Assembly (NCBI GenBank): GCA_016930695.1
Contig: JAFGGD010000034.1
Span: 135,375 to 199,374 of the forward strand
DNA: 64,000 bases
Direction: 5' to 3'
Source of the DNA: Candidatus Eiseniibacteriota bacterium
Lineage (GTDB): Bacteria > Orphanbacterota > Orphanbacteria > Orphanbacterales > Orphanbacteraceae
Below are positions 9,812-19,176 of the stretch, in pieces. The notes beneath the pieces are model-generated. The model ran no database searches, had not been told where the DNA came from, and saw only the letters and a list, made by a program, of their open reading frames with translations. A program made the translations under genes and the position numbers. Within the stretch, counting starts at the first letter, position 1. Each line of letters starts with the position of its first letter.

Positions 9812-10366
9812 TCACTCCGGGCGGCCCCTCGCGGGTTTCAGCAGCCCGGCCACGGCGAGCCCGGCGACCGCCCAAGCGGCGATGTCGTGGATCGTGAGCG
9901 CCGCCGCGTCCCCGAAGGAGTAACCGCCTATGCCGAACCTCGCTTGGAAACCGATCAGGCCGATCACGACTCCGATGGTCGCGAAGAAGAGGAACCTGCT
10001 CCCGAAGCGCGCGAGAACCCCGTCGGACGCCCGGGAGAGCAGCCACGCGCCGAGGATCGGGGCGAGAAGGAAGACCGCCAGACCGACGAGACTCTCCCGC
10101 CCGGCGTCATCGTGGCCCAGCCCGCTGTAATGGACGCCGAACACCGGAGCATCCCCGATGAACCTCCGGTCTCCGGTAAGCTCGGGGTTGCAGGCGTACT
10201 TCCCCGGTTCCGGCACGTTTTCCCTCAGCACCTCATAGACCAGGCGTTCGTCGGGAAGGGGTTTCATGTCGATGCGGCCCTTGAATCCCAAGAGACCGTT
10301 GACGACGACGAACCACACAAGAAGAACCACTCCGCCCGCAAGCCCCGCGCTCAGCACCCTCTTCAT
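9812..10366 (-). CDS. hypothetical integral membrane protein (~184 aa, 4-5 TM segments)
   Basis: ATG preceded by a GGAGGA RBS; several hydrophobic helices. The long track ORF (to 10642) was trimmed to the RBS-supported internal start 'MKRVLSAGLAGG'. Confidence 0.5.
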   Translation of the reverse strand: MKRVLSAGLAGGVVLLVWFVVVNGLLGFKGRIDMKPLPDERLVYEVLRENVPEPGKYACNPELTGDRRFIGDAPVFGVHYSGLGHDDAGRESLVGLAVFLLAPILGAWLLSRASDGVLARFGSRFLFFATIGVVIGLIGFQARFGIGGYSFGDAAALTIHDIAAWAVAGLAVAGLLKPARGRPE

Positions 10367-10509
10367 TTTCGCATCCTCCGATTCCGTAACGGGAGGTTTG
10401 TTTCTGTCCGTCCCCCCGAGTGGCCGCTTGGATTCATGCCGTCCGCAAACGTCGGGTTTCGGACCGTGCCCGAAGGGAGGGCCGCAAGTGAAAGGGGAAT
10501 AGCCCCGTC

Positions 10510-11013
10510 TCAGTCCGATCCGACGATGTTGTCCGTGTCCTTGGTGATGATGGCCCCCTTGACGACCTTCGCGAAAAGCCGGTAGTTGCTGATGATCGTG
10601 TAAGGCGTGATGCCCCCGTCGTAGAGCAGCTGATAATCGCACCAGAGAGTCGTCGATCGGGGCATGCAGAAGCGGGCCAGGACCAGGCCGTCATTCAGAT
10701 CGTTGATGAACTCCAGTTTCTTGAGATCCGGGATGCTGGCCTTCATCGCCCACGGAGAAAAATAGGTGATCAGTTTCTTCTCCGCGTCGATCTTGATGTA
10801 AGAGATCAATCCCTCGTCATCGATCTTCAGATCTCCGTCCGAGTCGAACTCCGCCTTCAAGAACGCCGCGTCGAAAAACGTCTTGATCTTGTCCAGGGTG
10901 ACCTCCTCCTCGCTCAAGGGGACGGAGGGATCCGAGGCTTCCGCCGCGTGGGCGGCCATGACGAGAAACGGCACGACGAGGAGCAGGCTCTTCGGGAAAC
11001 TTCTTTTCCGCAC
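10510..11013 (-). CDS. hypothetical secreted protein with a signal peptide, possibly YbjN-like fold; noticeably lower GC than its neighbours
   Basis: GTG start gives 'VRKRSFPKSLLLVVPFLVMAAHAAEA|SD', a typical Sec signal peptide, followed by a ~140 aa K/D/E-rich domain. GC is around 55% against ~69% locally. Confidence 0.5.
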   Translation of the reverse strand: MRKRSFPKSLLLVVPFLVMAAHAAEASDPSVPLSEEEVTLDKIKTFFDAAFLKAEFDSDGDLKIDDEGLISYIKIDAEKKLITYFSPWAMKASIPDLKKLEFINDLNDGLVLARFCMPRSTTLWCDYQLLYDGGITPYTIISNYRLFAKVVKGAIITKDTDNIVGSD

Positions 11014-11289
11014 GGTGGTCCCCTTTCCTGAAGAGAGGTTGCGGGCGGAGGACGGATTGTCGCTCGCGCGGACTATCCGCCGCGTCTCATACACGATTTC
11101 GCGCGCCGCGATCGGCCACAGGCGCCTTCCGCGAGTCACTCTTTTACAGCGTATCATAGGAAGGGGCGGACCTGTTTCGACTTTCCGGGAAGGGGGGGCG
11201 GTGGGGAAGGGGGAATCCGATTTCGATACCGATAAAGGCACCCTCACCCTCTCCCGCCATCCTCACCGCCGCCCCCCTTTCCCCCCGTC

Positions 11290-11318
11290 TTGACGCCGTC
11301 CGCGCGCGGGTCTACCAT
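11290..11318 (+). promoter_or_regulatory. putative sigma70-type promoter for the dehydrogenase gene (TTGACG-17-TACCAT)
   Basis: Hexamers with 17-nt spacing about 30 nt upstream of the ATG at 11350; divergent intergenic region. Confidence 0.35.
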
Positions 11319-11349
11319 CAATTCCCAACCGAACCGGGGGAACGAATCG

Positions 11350-12519
11350 ATGAAAAAGACCATGCGCGCTTTGGTTTTCGACAATGAGAGGGACGACTGG
11401 GAAGGATCCAAAGGGCTGCGTCTGGAAGACGTTCCCCGTCCCGTTTTACAAGAGCGAGAAGATCCCGCCGACGCCGAACAGGTCGTCGTTCGACCCATCT
11501 TCGCCGGTTTCTGCGGCTCCGACAGGAGCATCTGGCACCGCCGCGCCTTCGGCGAAAGCATCCTGCATTCCCTCGAAGCCGAGGGAAAGACCAAGCGCGT
11601 CATCGGCCACGAGATGCTCGGCGAGATCGTCGACGTCGGCACCCTGGCGGCCCGCAAATACGGTTACCGTCCCCGCGACATCGTCTCCACCGAATCCCAC
11701 ATCATCTGCGGCAAGTGCTTCCATTGCCGCACCGGCGAGACCCACATCTGCTCCGACGACATCATCATCGGCATCAGCCGCGACGGCTGCTTCGCCGAGC
11801 AGATCAAGCTCCCCGCCCAGACCCTCTGGCCCACGGACACCCGGCGTATCCGCCCCGAGGTGGGAGCCCTCCAGGAACCTTTCGGCAACGCCGTGCACGT
11901 CTCCACCAAGACCGACCTCAACGGCAAATCCGTCGCCGTCTTCGGCTGCGGCACCATCGGCCTCTTCACCATACTGATCGCCCACGCCCTCGGCGCGAGC
12001 CGCGTCATCGGCGTCGAGCCGGACAAGACCCACCGCGAGATGGCCCTCACGCTCGGCGCCGACGACGTCCTCTCCTTCGAGCCCGCCTCCGGGCCCGACT
12101 CCTGGAAGGCGGATCCGGAGGTGGTCGCCGAACTGAAAAGGATGTGTCCCCCCGAGGGCCCCGACGTCTGCATCGAGATGGCCGGCCCCAACGGTTCGGT
12201 GAACAACGCCCTCCGCTCCGTCCGGCGGGGCGGCGAAGTGATCCTCTTCGGCCTCAAGGCGGGTGACTTCACCATTCAGCGCCTCGACCGCACCATCATG
12301 GACGGCGTGACCATCCACACCGTCATCGGACGGCGCATCTTTCAGACCTGGTACATCACCAAGGGGCTCCTGGAGTCCAAGAACAACCGGATCCAGGAGA
12401 GGATCTGGGAGATCATCCTCCGCGAGGGGGACGGAACCGTCGTGGATCTGGCCGGCTTCGAGCCGGACGCCTTCGAGAAGAAGATCGACGGTAACCCGAA
12501 AATCTTACTTAAAATCTGA
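11350..12519 (+). CDS. zinc-dependent alcohol/threonine dehydrogenase family (MDR superfamily) oxidoreductase
   Basis: Catalytic Zn motif 'GHEMLGEIVDVG', structural Zn Cys cluster 'CGKCFHCRTGETHIC', and Rossmann motif 'VFGCGTIGL'. Confidence 0.8.
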   Translation: MKKTMRALVFDNERDDWEGSKGLRLEDVPRPVLQEREDPADAEQVVVRPIFAGFCGSDRSIWHRRAFGESILHSLEAEGKTKRVIGHEMLGEIVDVGTLAARKYGYRPRDIVSTESHIICGKCFHCRTGETHICSDDIIIGISRDGCFAEQIKLPAQTLWPTDTRRIRPEVGALQEPFGNAVHVSTKTDLNGKSVAVFGCGTIGLFTILIAHALGASRVIGVEPDKTHREMALTLGADDVLSFEPASGPDSWKADPEVVAELKRMCPPEGPDVCIEMAGPNGSVNNALRSVRRGGEVILFGLKAGDFTIQRLDRTIMDGVTIHTVIGRRIFQTWYITKGLLESKNNRIQERIWEIILREGDGTVVDLAGFEPDAFEKKIDGNPKILLKI

Positions 12520-12564
12520 AGCGTCCGCCGCTCCGGGCGGCGAACCCCGCGTTCGTCGCGCGCC

Positions 12565-12595
12565 TTGACACGCCGGAGGCGCGCTTTGGTAGAAT
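12565..12595 (+). promoter_or_regulatory. putative promoter with an extended -10 (TTGACA-19-TGgTAGAAT)
   Basis: Consensus -35, TGn extended -10 and TAGAAT about 65 nt upstream of the 12662 GTG start, which has an AAGGAG RBS. Confidence 0.3.
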
Positions 12596-12661
12596 ACCGG
12601 TCCATCCTTCGCCCCCCGGCGGAGCAGGATCGCCCCCGTACCGAACGGAAAGGAGCGCGTC

Positions 12662-13693
12662 GTGACGGAGTCGGCCCGCACACCCCGCGTAAACATCTGG
12701 TGGATGGCCTTCGGCTACTTCGCCTGTTACTGGCCGTACAGCGCCCTGGTCAAGGCGCTATCCAACGGGCTCCTCCCCGGCATGGACGGAGGCGTGGCCG
12801 GTCTCACTCTGCAGCCGCTCCAGGTGGCTTCGTCCCTGGTCGCCATGTTCATCTTCATCACCGCCATCGGATGGTGGAAATACCCGCACAAAAAAGAGGT
12901 TTTCGGCGGCGTTCGTATCCCCTTCCCGACGCTCTGGACCGCCCTCTCGGGAATCTGCACCGCCACGGTGATCGTCACCACCAACTTGGCTTACACCTTC
13001 AGCGGCGTCTCCATCGTCTTCGTCATGCTGCTCATGCGGGGCGGCGTGCTGATCCTCGGCCCCATCGTGGACACCATCACCGGCCGGAAGGTGCGTTGGT
13101 TTTCCGCCACCGGCATGCTGCTCAGCCTCGCGGCGCTGGTGGTCGCCTTCGCCGAGAAGGGGGGCTACGCGATCAGCGTTCTCTGCGCGATCGACATCGC
13201 CGCCTACCTGGCCGCCTATTTCGTCCGCTTCCAGTTCATGAGCCGGATCGCCAAGTCGGCGGACACCGCCACCAACATCCGCTACTTCGTGGAGGAGCAG
13301 ATGGTGGCCACTCCCTTCCTAATGGTGGTCCTCACGCTCCTGGCGCTGGTCGGCCGCGGGGAGATGATGGATCTGATTCGGCAGGGCTTCCACAACGTCC
13401 CGAAGGGGATCGTCGGATGGGTGATCCTCGCCGGCGTCTTCTCCCAGGGTACAGGTATCTTCGGCACGCTGATCTACCTGGATCGCCGGGAGAACACCTT
13501 CTGCATTCCCGTGAACCGTTCCTCGAGCATCCTGGCCGGCGTGCTCGCCTCCTTCACGCTGGCGATCCTCTTCGGGCAGTCGCCGCCGAGCGCGTTCAAG
13601 CTGATCGGCGCGGGGCTGATCATCGTGGCGATTCTCGTTCTCAGCCTTCCGCCCCTCCTCGCAAGGGGCCGGAGGAGTGGGGCCAACGTCTGA
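12662..13693 (+). CDS. hypothetical polytopic membrane protein (~10 TM)
   Basis: GTG start 7 nt after AAGGAG; hydrophobic helices throughout. No family recognised. Confidence 0.6.
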   Translation: MTESARTPRVNIWWMAFGYFACYWPYSALVKALSNGLLPGMDGGVAGLTLQPLQVASSLVAMFIFITAIGWWKYPHKKEVFGGVRIPFPTLWTALSGICTATVIVTTNLAYTFSGVSIVFVMLLMRGGVLILGPIVDTITGRKVRWFSATGMLLSLAALVVAFAEKGGYAISVLCAIDIAAYLAAYFVRFQFMSRIAKSADTATNIRYFVEEQMVATPFLMVVLTLLALVGRGEMMDLIRQGFHNVPKGIVGWVILAGVFSQGTGIFGTLIYLDRRENTFCIPVNRSSSILAGVLASFTLAILFGQSPPSAFKLIGAGLIIVAILVLSLPPLLARGRRSGANV

Positions 13694-13705
13694 CGGAGGG
13701 GGAGG

Positions 13706-14773
13706 ATGAGCGGGTCCGACCGAGAGACCTCCGCGGAGACGCTGGAGAGGATCGCCCGCGCCCGTGAGAGGCTCGGCGACCGGGTTCTCGTCTTGGGGCA
13801 CCACTACGAACGGGATGACGTGCTCCGCTTCGCCGACCGGACCGGCGACAGCTTTCAGCTCGCCCGGGAGGCGGCCGAGGAGAAGGACCGCCCCTTCATC
13901 GTCTTCTGCGGCGTTCATTTCATGGCCGAGACGGCGGACATACTGACCGATGACGACCAGGCGGTGCTCCTCCCCGATTTGGAGGCGGGCTGTTCCCTCG
14001 CCGATTTCGCCGACGCGGAGCAGGTGGCTCTCTGTTGGGACGCGTTCGAGTCGGTCCGGCCGGCGCGCACCGTGCCGATCACCTACGTCAACTCCACCGC
14101 GGCGATCAAGGCGTTCTGCGGCGAGAGAGGCGGTCTCGCGTGCACCAGCGCCAACGCCCTCTCCGCCTTCCGTTGGGCGCTGGGGCGGGGGGAGAGGATC
14201 CTCTTCGTACCCGACGAGCACCTCGGCCGGAACACCGCCCGCTCCCTCGGAATCGGCGAAGAGGAGACGGCGGTATGGGATCCGGCGCGCACGGGGGGAG
14301 GGGTCGCCCCGGACCGCTTGGCCGGCGCGCGGGTGATCCTCTGGAAGGGGCGTTGCGACGTCCACACGCACTTCCGGCCGGAGCACGTCGACGCGGTTCG
14401 TCTCGCCCACCCCGGAATCCGTGTGATGGTCCATCCCGAATGCCCCGCCGAGGTGGTGGAGAGGGCGGACGCCTCCGGCTCGACGGGACAGATCATCCGC
14501 GCCGTTCGCGAAGGGGGGGCGGGGTTGACTTGGGCGATCGGAACGGAATGGCACCTGGTGAACCGCCTCGCCCACGCCTACGAGGACCGGAAGGTGATCA
14601 ATCTCACGACGGAGCCCTCCGTCTGCCCCACCATGAACCGGATCACGCCGAAAAAACTGCTCCATGTTTTGGAGCGCCTCCTGGAGGGGGAGGCGGTGAA
14701 CCGCATCGTCGTCCCGGCGGAAATCGCCCTCCCCGCCCGGAAGGCGCTGGACCGGATGCTCACCCTCGCCTGA
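13706..14773 (+). CDS. nadA: quinolinate synthase A
   Basis: 'VLVLGHHY', 'FIVFCGVHFMAETADIL', 'YVNSTA' and conserved Cys residues; length 355 aa. Confidence 0.9.
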   Translation: MSGSDRETSAETLERIARARERLGDRVLVLGHHYERDDVLRFADRTGDSFQLAREAAEEKDRPFIVFCGVHFMAETADILTDDDQAVLLPDLEAGCSLADFADAEQVALCWDAFESVRPARTVPITYVNSTAAIKAFCGERGGLACTSANALSAFRWALGRGERILFVPDEHLGRNTARSLGIGEEETAVWDPARTGGGVAPDRLAGARVILWKGRCDVHTHFRPEHVDAVRLAHPGIRVMVHPECPAEVVERADASGSTGQIIRAVREGGAGLTWAIGTEWHLVNRLAHAYEDRKVINLTTEPSVCPTMNRITPKKLLHVLERLLEGEAVNRIVVPAEIALPARKALDRMLTLA

Positions 14774-14844
14774 CGCCCGCCGGCCCACCATTCCGGCGGG
14801 ATCCCGTTGCCCCTTCGCCGATCGCGCATTACAATAAAGGGTCG

Positions 14845-14873
14845 ACGGCGGCGTGGACCGCGCCGTTTTTTTC
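14845..14873 (+). terminator. putative intrinsic terminator/attenuator between nadA and the FmdB-like gene
   Basis: Stem ACGGCG/CGCCGT with a 10-nt loop, followed by T7. Confidence 0.4.
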
Positions 14874-14905
14874 GGTGCCGGCGATCGGCCGGACAGGGAG
14901 GAAGG

Positions 14906-15100
14906 ATGCCCATCTTCGAGTACCAATGCGACGACTGCGGGCACGTTTTCGACGCCCTCGTTTGGAAAGATGAAGAGGTGCGCTGCGAGAAGTGCGACGG
15001 CGCGCGCGTGCACCGTCGGATCACAGGCTTTTCCGTCAGCGGGGGCGGCGGGCGGCGCTCCGGCGGCGACGGCGGTTGCGCCCCCTCCGGCGGCGGGTGA
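14906..15100 (+). CDS. FmdB-family zinc-ribbon putative regulatory protein
   Basis: 'MPIFEYQCDDCGHVF...CEKCDG' is the CxxC...CxxC FmdB ribbon, followed by a Gly-rich tail. GGGAGGAAGG RBS. Confidence 0.6.
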   Translation: MPIFEYQCDDCGHVFDALVWKDEEVRCEKCDGARVHRRITGFSVSGGGGRRSGGDGGCAPSGGG

Positions 15101-15114
15101 GGCTCCCCGATCCG

Positions 15115-16443
15115 ATGACCGGAGTTTCCGGTCCCGGCGAGGCGGGGGGAGCCCGCGTATCGCTACACACCATCGGGTGCCGTCTCAACCAGGCGGAGAC
15201 GGCCCTTCTCGCCGACCGTTTCCGCGCGCGCGGTTGGCGCGTCGTCGGCCGGAACGATCCGGCCGACCTTTTCGTGGTGAACACCTGCTCGGTCACCCTC
15301 GGCAGCGAGGGGAAGTGCCGCCGCCTGATCCGTTTTCTCCGGAAGCGGTGCCCGGAGGCGCGGGTCGCCGCCACCGGCTGTTACGCCGAACTCGATCCGG
15401 AAGCCCTTCTGGCGATCGACGGCGTGGTGGTGGCGGTGGGGACGGCGGATAAGGCGCGCCTCCCGGAGCTGGCCGAGCGCGCTCTCGCCGGCGCCCCGCC
15501 CGCGGCCGTGCGCTCCCCCATCGAACGGGAACCCTTCACCGAAGAGGGGGCCGGCCTCTCCCTCTCCACGAGGGCGAACCTGAAGATCCAGGACGGCTGC
15601 GACGTCTTCTGCTCCTTCTGCGTCATCCCCTACGCCCGCGGGCGCTCGCGCAGCCGCCGCGCCGGGGACTGCCTGCGCGAGGCGCGGGATCTCGCCGCGC
15701 GGGGGCACCGCGAGATCGTCCTCTCCGGCGTCAACCTGGGTCTCTACCGGGACGACGGCGCCGACCTCGCCGGTTTGATCGAACGCCTCGAGGAGATCCC
15801 GGGGCTGGAGAGGATCCGGATCAGCTCCATCGAACCGATGAGCGTCAGCCCCGCGCTGGTGGCGCGCATGTCGTGCTCCGAAAAGCTCTGCCCCTACGTG
15901 CATGTGGTTCTCCAGAGCGGCGACGACGGCGTGCTCCGCGCCATGAACCGCCCCTACGGCGCGGGCGACTTCCGGCGCCTCCTCGAGACCTTTCTCGCCC
16001 GCGTGCCGGACCTGGGAATCGGCACCGACGTGCTGGTCGGTTTCCCCGGCGAGACGGACGCCGCTTTCCGCCGGACCCTGGCGATTCTGGAGGACTACCC
16101 CTTCGTCAACGTACATGTCTTCGCCTACTCCGAGCACGCCCGCACGCGCTCGGCGCGGCTCGACGAAAAGGTTCATCCCGAAACGATTCGGCGGCGGAGC
16201 GAGGATGCGCGCGCTCTCGGGCGGGCGAAGCGGCGCGCCTTTCACGGACGCTACCGGGGGGAGAGGCTGGAGACGCTCTTCGAGACGCGGGACCGCGCCG
16301 GGCGGTGGATCGGCCACGCGCCCAACTACGCACGCGTCGCCGCCCGGGACGACCGGGACCTCGCGAACCGGATCGTCGCGGTGCGGATCGACTCCTCGGA
16401 GAGAGACGGCGCGATCGGAACGGCGGAGGGGGACCTTCGTTGA
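15115..16443 (+). CDS. mtaB: radical SAM methylthiotransferase, MtaB-like (MiaB/RimO family)
   Basis: MTTase N-domain 'TIGCRLNQAE', radical SAM 'CDVFCSFCVIPYARG', and a TRAM-like C-terminus. Confidence 0.75.
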   Translation: MTGVSGPGEAGGARVSLHTIGCRLNQAETALLADRFRARGWRVVGRNDPADLFVVNTCSVTLGSEGKCRRLIRFLRKRCPEARVAATGCYAELDPEALLAIDGVVVAVGTADKARLPELAERALAGAPPAAVRSPIEREPFTEEGAGLSLSTRANLKIQDGCDVFCSFCVIPYARGRSRSRRAGDCLREARDLAARGHREIVLSGVNLGLYRDDGADLAGLIERLEEIPGLERIRISSIEPMSVSPALVARMSCSEKLCPYVHVVLQSGDDGVLRAMNRPYGAGDFRRLLETFLARVPDLGIGTDVLVGFPGETDAAFRRTLAILEDYPFVNVHVFAYSEHARTRSARLDEKVHPETIRRRSEDARALGRAKRRAFHGRYRGERLETLFETRDRAGRWIGHAPNYARVAARDDRDLANRIVAVRIDSSERDGAIGTAEGDLR

Positions 16444-17750
16444 AGGTTTATATAGAAACCTACGGTTGCCAGATGAACGAGGCGGACTCGGAGGTGGTGG
16501 CCCGTATACTGGCGGAGGAGGGGATCGGCGCGGCATCTTCCGCGGAGGAAGCGGACGCGGTTCTGGTGAACACGTGCGCCGTCCGCGCCGGCGCCGAGAA
16601 CCGGGTGCTCCAAAGGGTCGAGGACCTGAAGGCGATCCGCGCGCGGCGCCCCGGTTTCCTGGTCGGTGTTCTCGGCTGCGTCGCCCAGATTCGCAAGGAC
16701 GCGCTCCTCCGCCCGCCTTGGGACGCGGACCTGGCCGCCGGGCCGGACGCCTACCGCTCCATCCCCCGTCTCCTCGCCGAGGCGCGCGGGGGGAGGCGGG
16801 TCCGGGAGACCCGCCTTCTCCGGGTCGACGACTACGACCGGATCGATCCGGTCCGCCGCCCCGGCGCGAACGCCTGGGTGACGGTGACCCGCGGGTGCGA
16901 CAACTTCTGCGCCTACTGCGTCGTCCCATTCGCGCGCGGCCGGGAGAGAAGCCGCTCCCCCGAATCGATCCTTCGCGAGGTGCGCCGCGCCGCCGCGGAG
17001 GGATTTCGCCAGGTCACCCTCCTCGGACAGAACGTCAATTCCTACCGGAGCGGCGACGCCGACTTCGCCGCCGTTCTCCGCGCCGCCTGCCGCGTGCCGG
17101 GCATTCTACGGGTTCGTTTCACGTCGCCCCACCCGAAGGATTTCCCGGACGAGCTCCTCGCCGCCATCGCCGGGGAGCCGGCCGCATCTCCCCATGTCCA
17201 CCTCCCCCTCCAATCGGGGAGCGATCCCGTGCTGGAGAGGATGGGCCGCGGCTACGGCCGCCGGGATTACCTGGCGCTGGTGGGGCGTATTCGGGCCGCC
17301 GTGCCGGAAGCGGCGCTCACCACCGACGTCATCGCCGGATTCCCGGGCGAGAGGGAGGAAGACTTCCAAGCCACTCTCGACGTGATGGAGGAGGTGCGCT
17401 TCCACTCCGCATTCACCTTCGCCTACTCCGTGCGCCGCCCCTCCATCGCCGCCCGCCGCTACGCAGACGACGTGCCGGAACCGGTCAAGAGGGAGAGGGT
17501 GGAACGTCTGGTGGAGGTGGAGCGCCGCATCTCCCGGGAGAGACTGGAGGAAGAGGTGGGGAACAGGGTAGAGGTGCTGGTGGAGAGGCGGAGCCGGAAA
17601 TCGGCGCGGGACGCCTTCGGGCGCACGCCCGGCGGGAGCGGCGTCGTCTTCCCCGCCCCGGAGGCCGCTCCCGGGGACCTTGTCCGGGTACTCGTGGAGA
17701 GGGCCACCACGCACACTCTGATCGGTAAAATCGCCCCCGCCGACGGATAA
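16440..17750 (+). CDS. miaB: tRNA-2-methylthio-N6-dimethylallyladenosine synthase
   Basis: 'KVYIETYGCQMNEADSE', radical SAM 'CDNFCAYCVVPFARG', and a TRAM domain. TTG start overlaps the mtaB stop (TTGA). Confidence 0.85.
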   Translation: MKVYIETYGCQMNEADSEVVARILAEEGIGAASSAEEADAVLVNTCAVRAGAENRVLQRVEDLKAIRARRPGFLVGVLGCVAQIRKDALLRPPWDADLAAGPDAYRSIPRLLAEARGGRRVRETRLLRVDDYDRIDPVRRPGANAWVTVTRGCDNFCAYCVVPFARGRERSRSPESILREVRRAAAEGFRQVTLLGQNVNSYRSGDADFAAVLRAACRVPGILRVRFTSPHPKDFPDELLAAIAGEPAASPHVHLPLQSGSDPVLERMGRGYGRRDYLALVGRIRAAVPEAALTTDVIAGFPGEREEDFQATLDVMEEVRFHSAFTFAYSVRRPSIAARRYADDVPEPVKRERVERLVEVERRISRERLEEEVGNRVEVLVERRSRKSARDAFGRTPGGSGVVFPAPEAAPGDLVRVLVERATTHTLIGKIAPADG

Positions 17751-17918
17751 GGTTGATTCCACGCTCCGATTGTGTTATGGTACATCAGATTGCGTCGAGG
17801 CCGCTCGACCCCGGCCCGGGCAGCGCTTTTCCCTCCCACGGGGCGGCCCCAGCGCGTTCGCACAATCCATCCCCTTGCGCGATCATTCTCCCCGTCGGAA
17901 AGTCGAGGAAGTGGAGAA

Positions 17919-18113
17919 GTGATTCAAAAAAATCATCCAGACGAGACCGTCATCAATCCGTCGCGGATTGAGGAGAAGTCGACGCCCAGCGGCGAATACC
18001 GCTGCGTCGTCTGCGGAATGCGCTATTCCGTGGAGGACTACGCCGACCTCTGCTGCAAGCCGATCGCCGGGATCGAAAACCTCGGTGGTCGGCGCCAGCA
18101 TCGGTGGCGCTAG
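17919..18113 (+). CDS. possible small zinc-ribbon protein (~64 aa), hypothetical
   Basis: GTG start after GAGGAAG; high GC3 in the 3' half; 'YRCVVCGMRYSVEDYADLCCKP' Cys cluster. An intrinsic terminator lies ~30 nt downstream. Confidence 0.3.
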   Translation: MIQKNHPDETVINPSRIEEKSTPSGEYRCVVCGMRYSVEDYADLCCKPIAGIENLGGRRQHRWR

Positions 18114-18141
18114 AGAAAGCGCCGCCCCAAGCCTCGCGCCC

Positions 18142-18184
18142 GCGGGGGAGGAGATCACGCCCGATCCCCTTCCCCGCTTTTTTT
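18142..18184 (+). terminator. Rho-independent terminator
   Basis: ~10-bp GC stem (GCGGGGGAGG / CCTTCCCCGC, with one G.U pair), a 16-nt loop, then T7. Confidence 0.45.
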
Positions 18185-18334
18185 CTCGAGAATCGTCTTC
18201 CGAAGCTTCTTGATCGACGTACTCCGAATCTCTCACCTGCTTTTTCGAGGCCGCGGACCACCAAGCGCAACGCTCCCTCTCGATACCGGATTCTTTTCGA
18301 ACACGGCAAGGAGGTATCGGGTACGAATAGTCAT

Positions 18335-18363
18335 TTGACATCAAAACATTCGCTGTTTATATT
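18335..18363 (+). promoter_or_regulatory. near-consensus sigma70 promoter (TTGACA-17-TATATT), distal to nuoA
   Basis: Perfect -35, 17-nt spacer and a 5/6 -10 in an AT-richer patch. The transcript would cover a ~340-nt ORF-less region before the proximal nuo promoter. Confidence 0.4.
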
Positions 18364-18705
18364 CCTCAGGAAGTCCACCGCTGGATCGGGGATTCTGCCG
18401 CGCAGGATCTCTCGGGACACAAGGAGGTGAAGACCACCGCCGTTCTGTGCGTTTTCGCAATCGTGTTTTACAGCTTCCTTTGATCTGCATGGACATGGCG
18501 ATTAACGGGCAGAATTCCCCGTCGGGCAAGTTGGTCGCGATCACCGTTCGGACGAAATCCGGTAAGACCGGGTTTGGGCCATCCGGTATGCATCGGGAGG
18601 GGTGCGTAGGCGTAGACAGAGGTACTCTTTCCTGTGCGGTCGTGGAAGAGGACGCGCCCCCCTTCCCCAGAATCCCCTAACCCCGGATCCCCGCCCCCTT
18701 TCCGC

Positions 18706-18734
18706 TTGACCCTTCGCGCGCCCCTCCCTATAGT
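18706..18734 (+). promoter_or_regulatory. near-consensus sigma70 promoter (TTGACC-17-TATAGT) proximal to nuoA
   Basis: 5/6 -35, 17-nt spacer and TATAGT -10 about 90 nt upstream of the nuoA ATG. Confidence 0.5.
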
Positions 18735-18822
18735 CCAATCCGATCGGCGGGCATCGAATCGGAGGGTGCGGCGCGCCCCGGCGGCCGCGGTTCCGTCAAG
18801 TCGTGCGGGGAAACCTTTCTCA

Positions 18823-19176
18823 ATGAATCCCTATATTCCCCTTCTCATCGTCGTCGCGCTGGCACTCGCCATACCGGCCGCGCTCCTGTTCGTCTCCTTC
18901 CTCGTCGGACCCCGGCGCCGGGAGAGGGAGAAGGCGGAGCCCTATGAATGCGGCATCCCCCAAACCGCACCGCCGCGCGATCCCGTTCCGGTCAAATACT
19001 ACTTGGTCGCGGTGCTCTTCCTCCTCTTCGACGTGGAGGCGGTCTTCCTCTTCCCGTGGGCGGCGATCTACCGCCGGCTCGGCCTCTTCGGCCTGATCGA
19101 GATGTCGATCTTCCTGGGGATGCTCGTCCTCGGCCTGATCTACGTGTGGAAACGGGGGGCGCTCGAGTGGGACTGA
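18823..19176 (+). CDS. nuoA: NADH-quinone oxidoreductase subunit A
   Basis: 3-TM ND3 homologue with 'YECG...KYYLVA...LFDVE'. Confidence 0.9.
   Translation: MNPYIPLLIVVALALAIPAALLFVSFLVGPRRREREKAEPYECGIPQTAPPRDPVPVKYYLVAVLFLLFDVEAVFLFPWAAIYRRLGLFGLIEMSIFLGMLVLGLIYVWKRGALEWD

Noticed and set aside
17883-18344. 153-aa minus-strand ORF in the miaB-nuoA gap
   Set aside because: Low-complexity translation, no RBS, and it spans a plus-strand terminator hairpin. The opposite-strand small zinc-ribbon ORF has better coding signal, though even that is tentative.
18447-18680. 77-aa plus-strand ORF downstream of the TTGACA promoter
   Set aside because: No properly spaced RBS (AAGGAGG lies ~19 nt upstream of the GTG), and the translation has no recognisable features. 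The region is treated as a noncoding leader or sRNA candidate instead.
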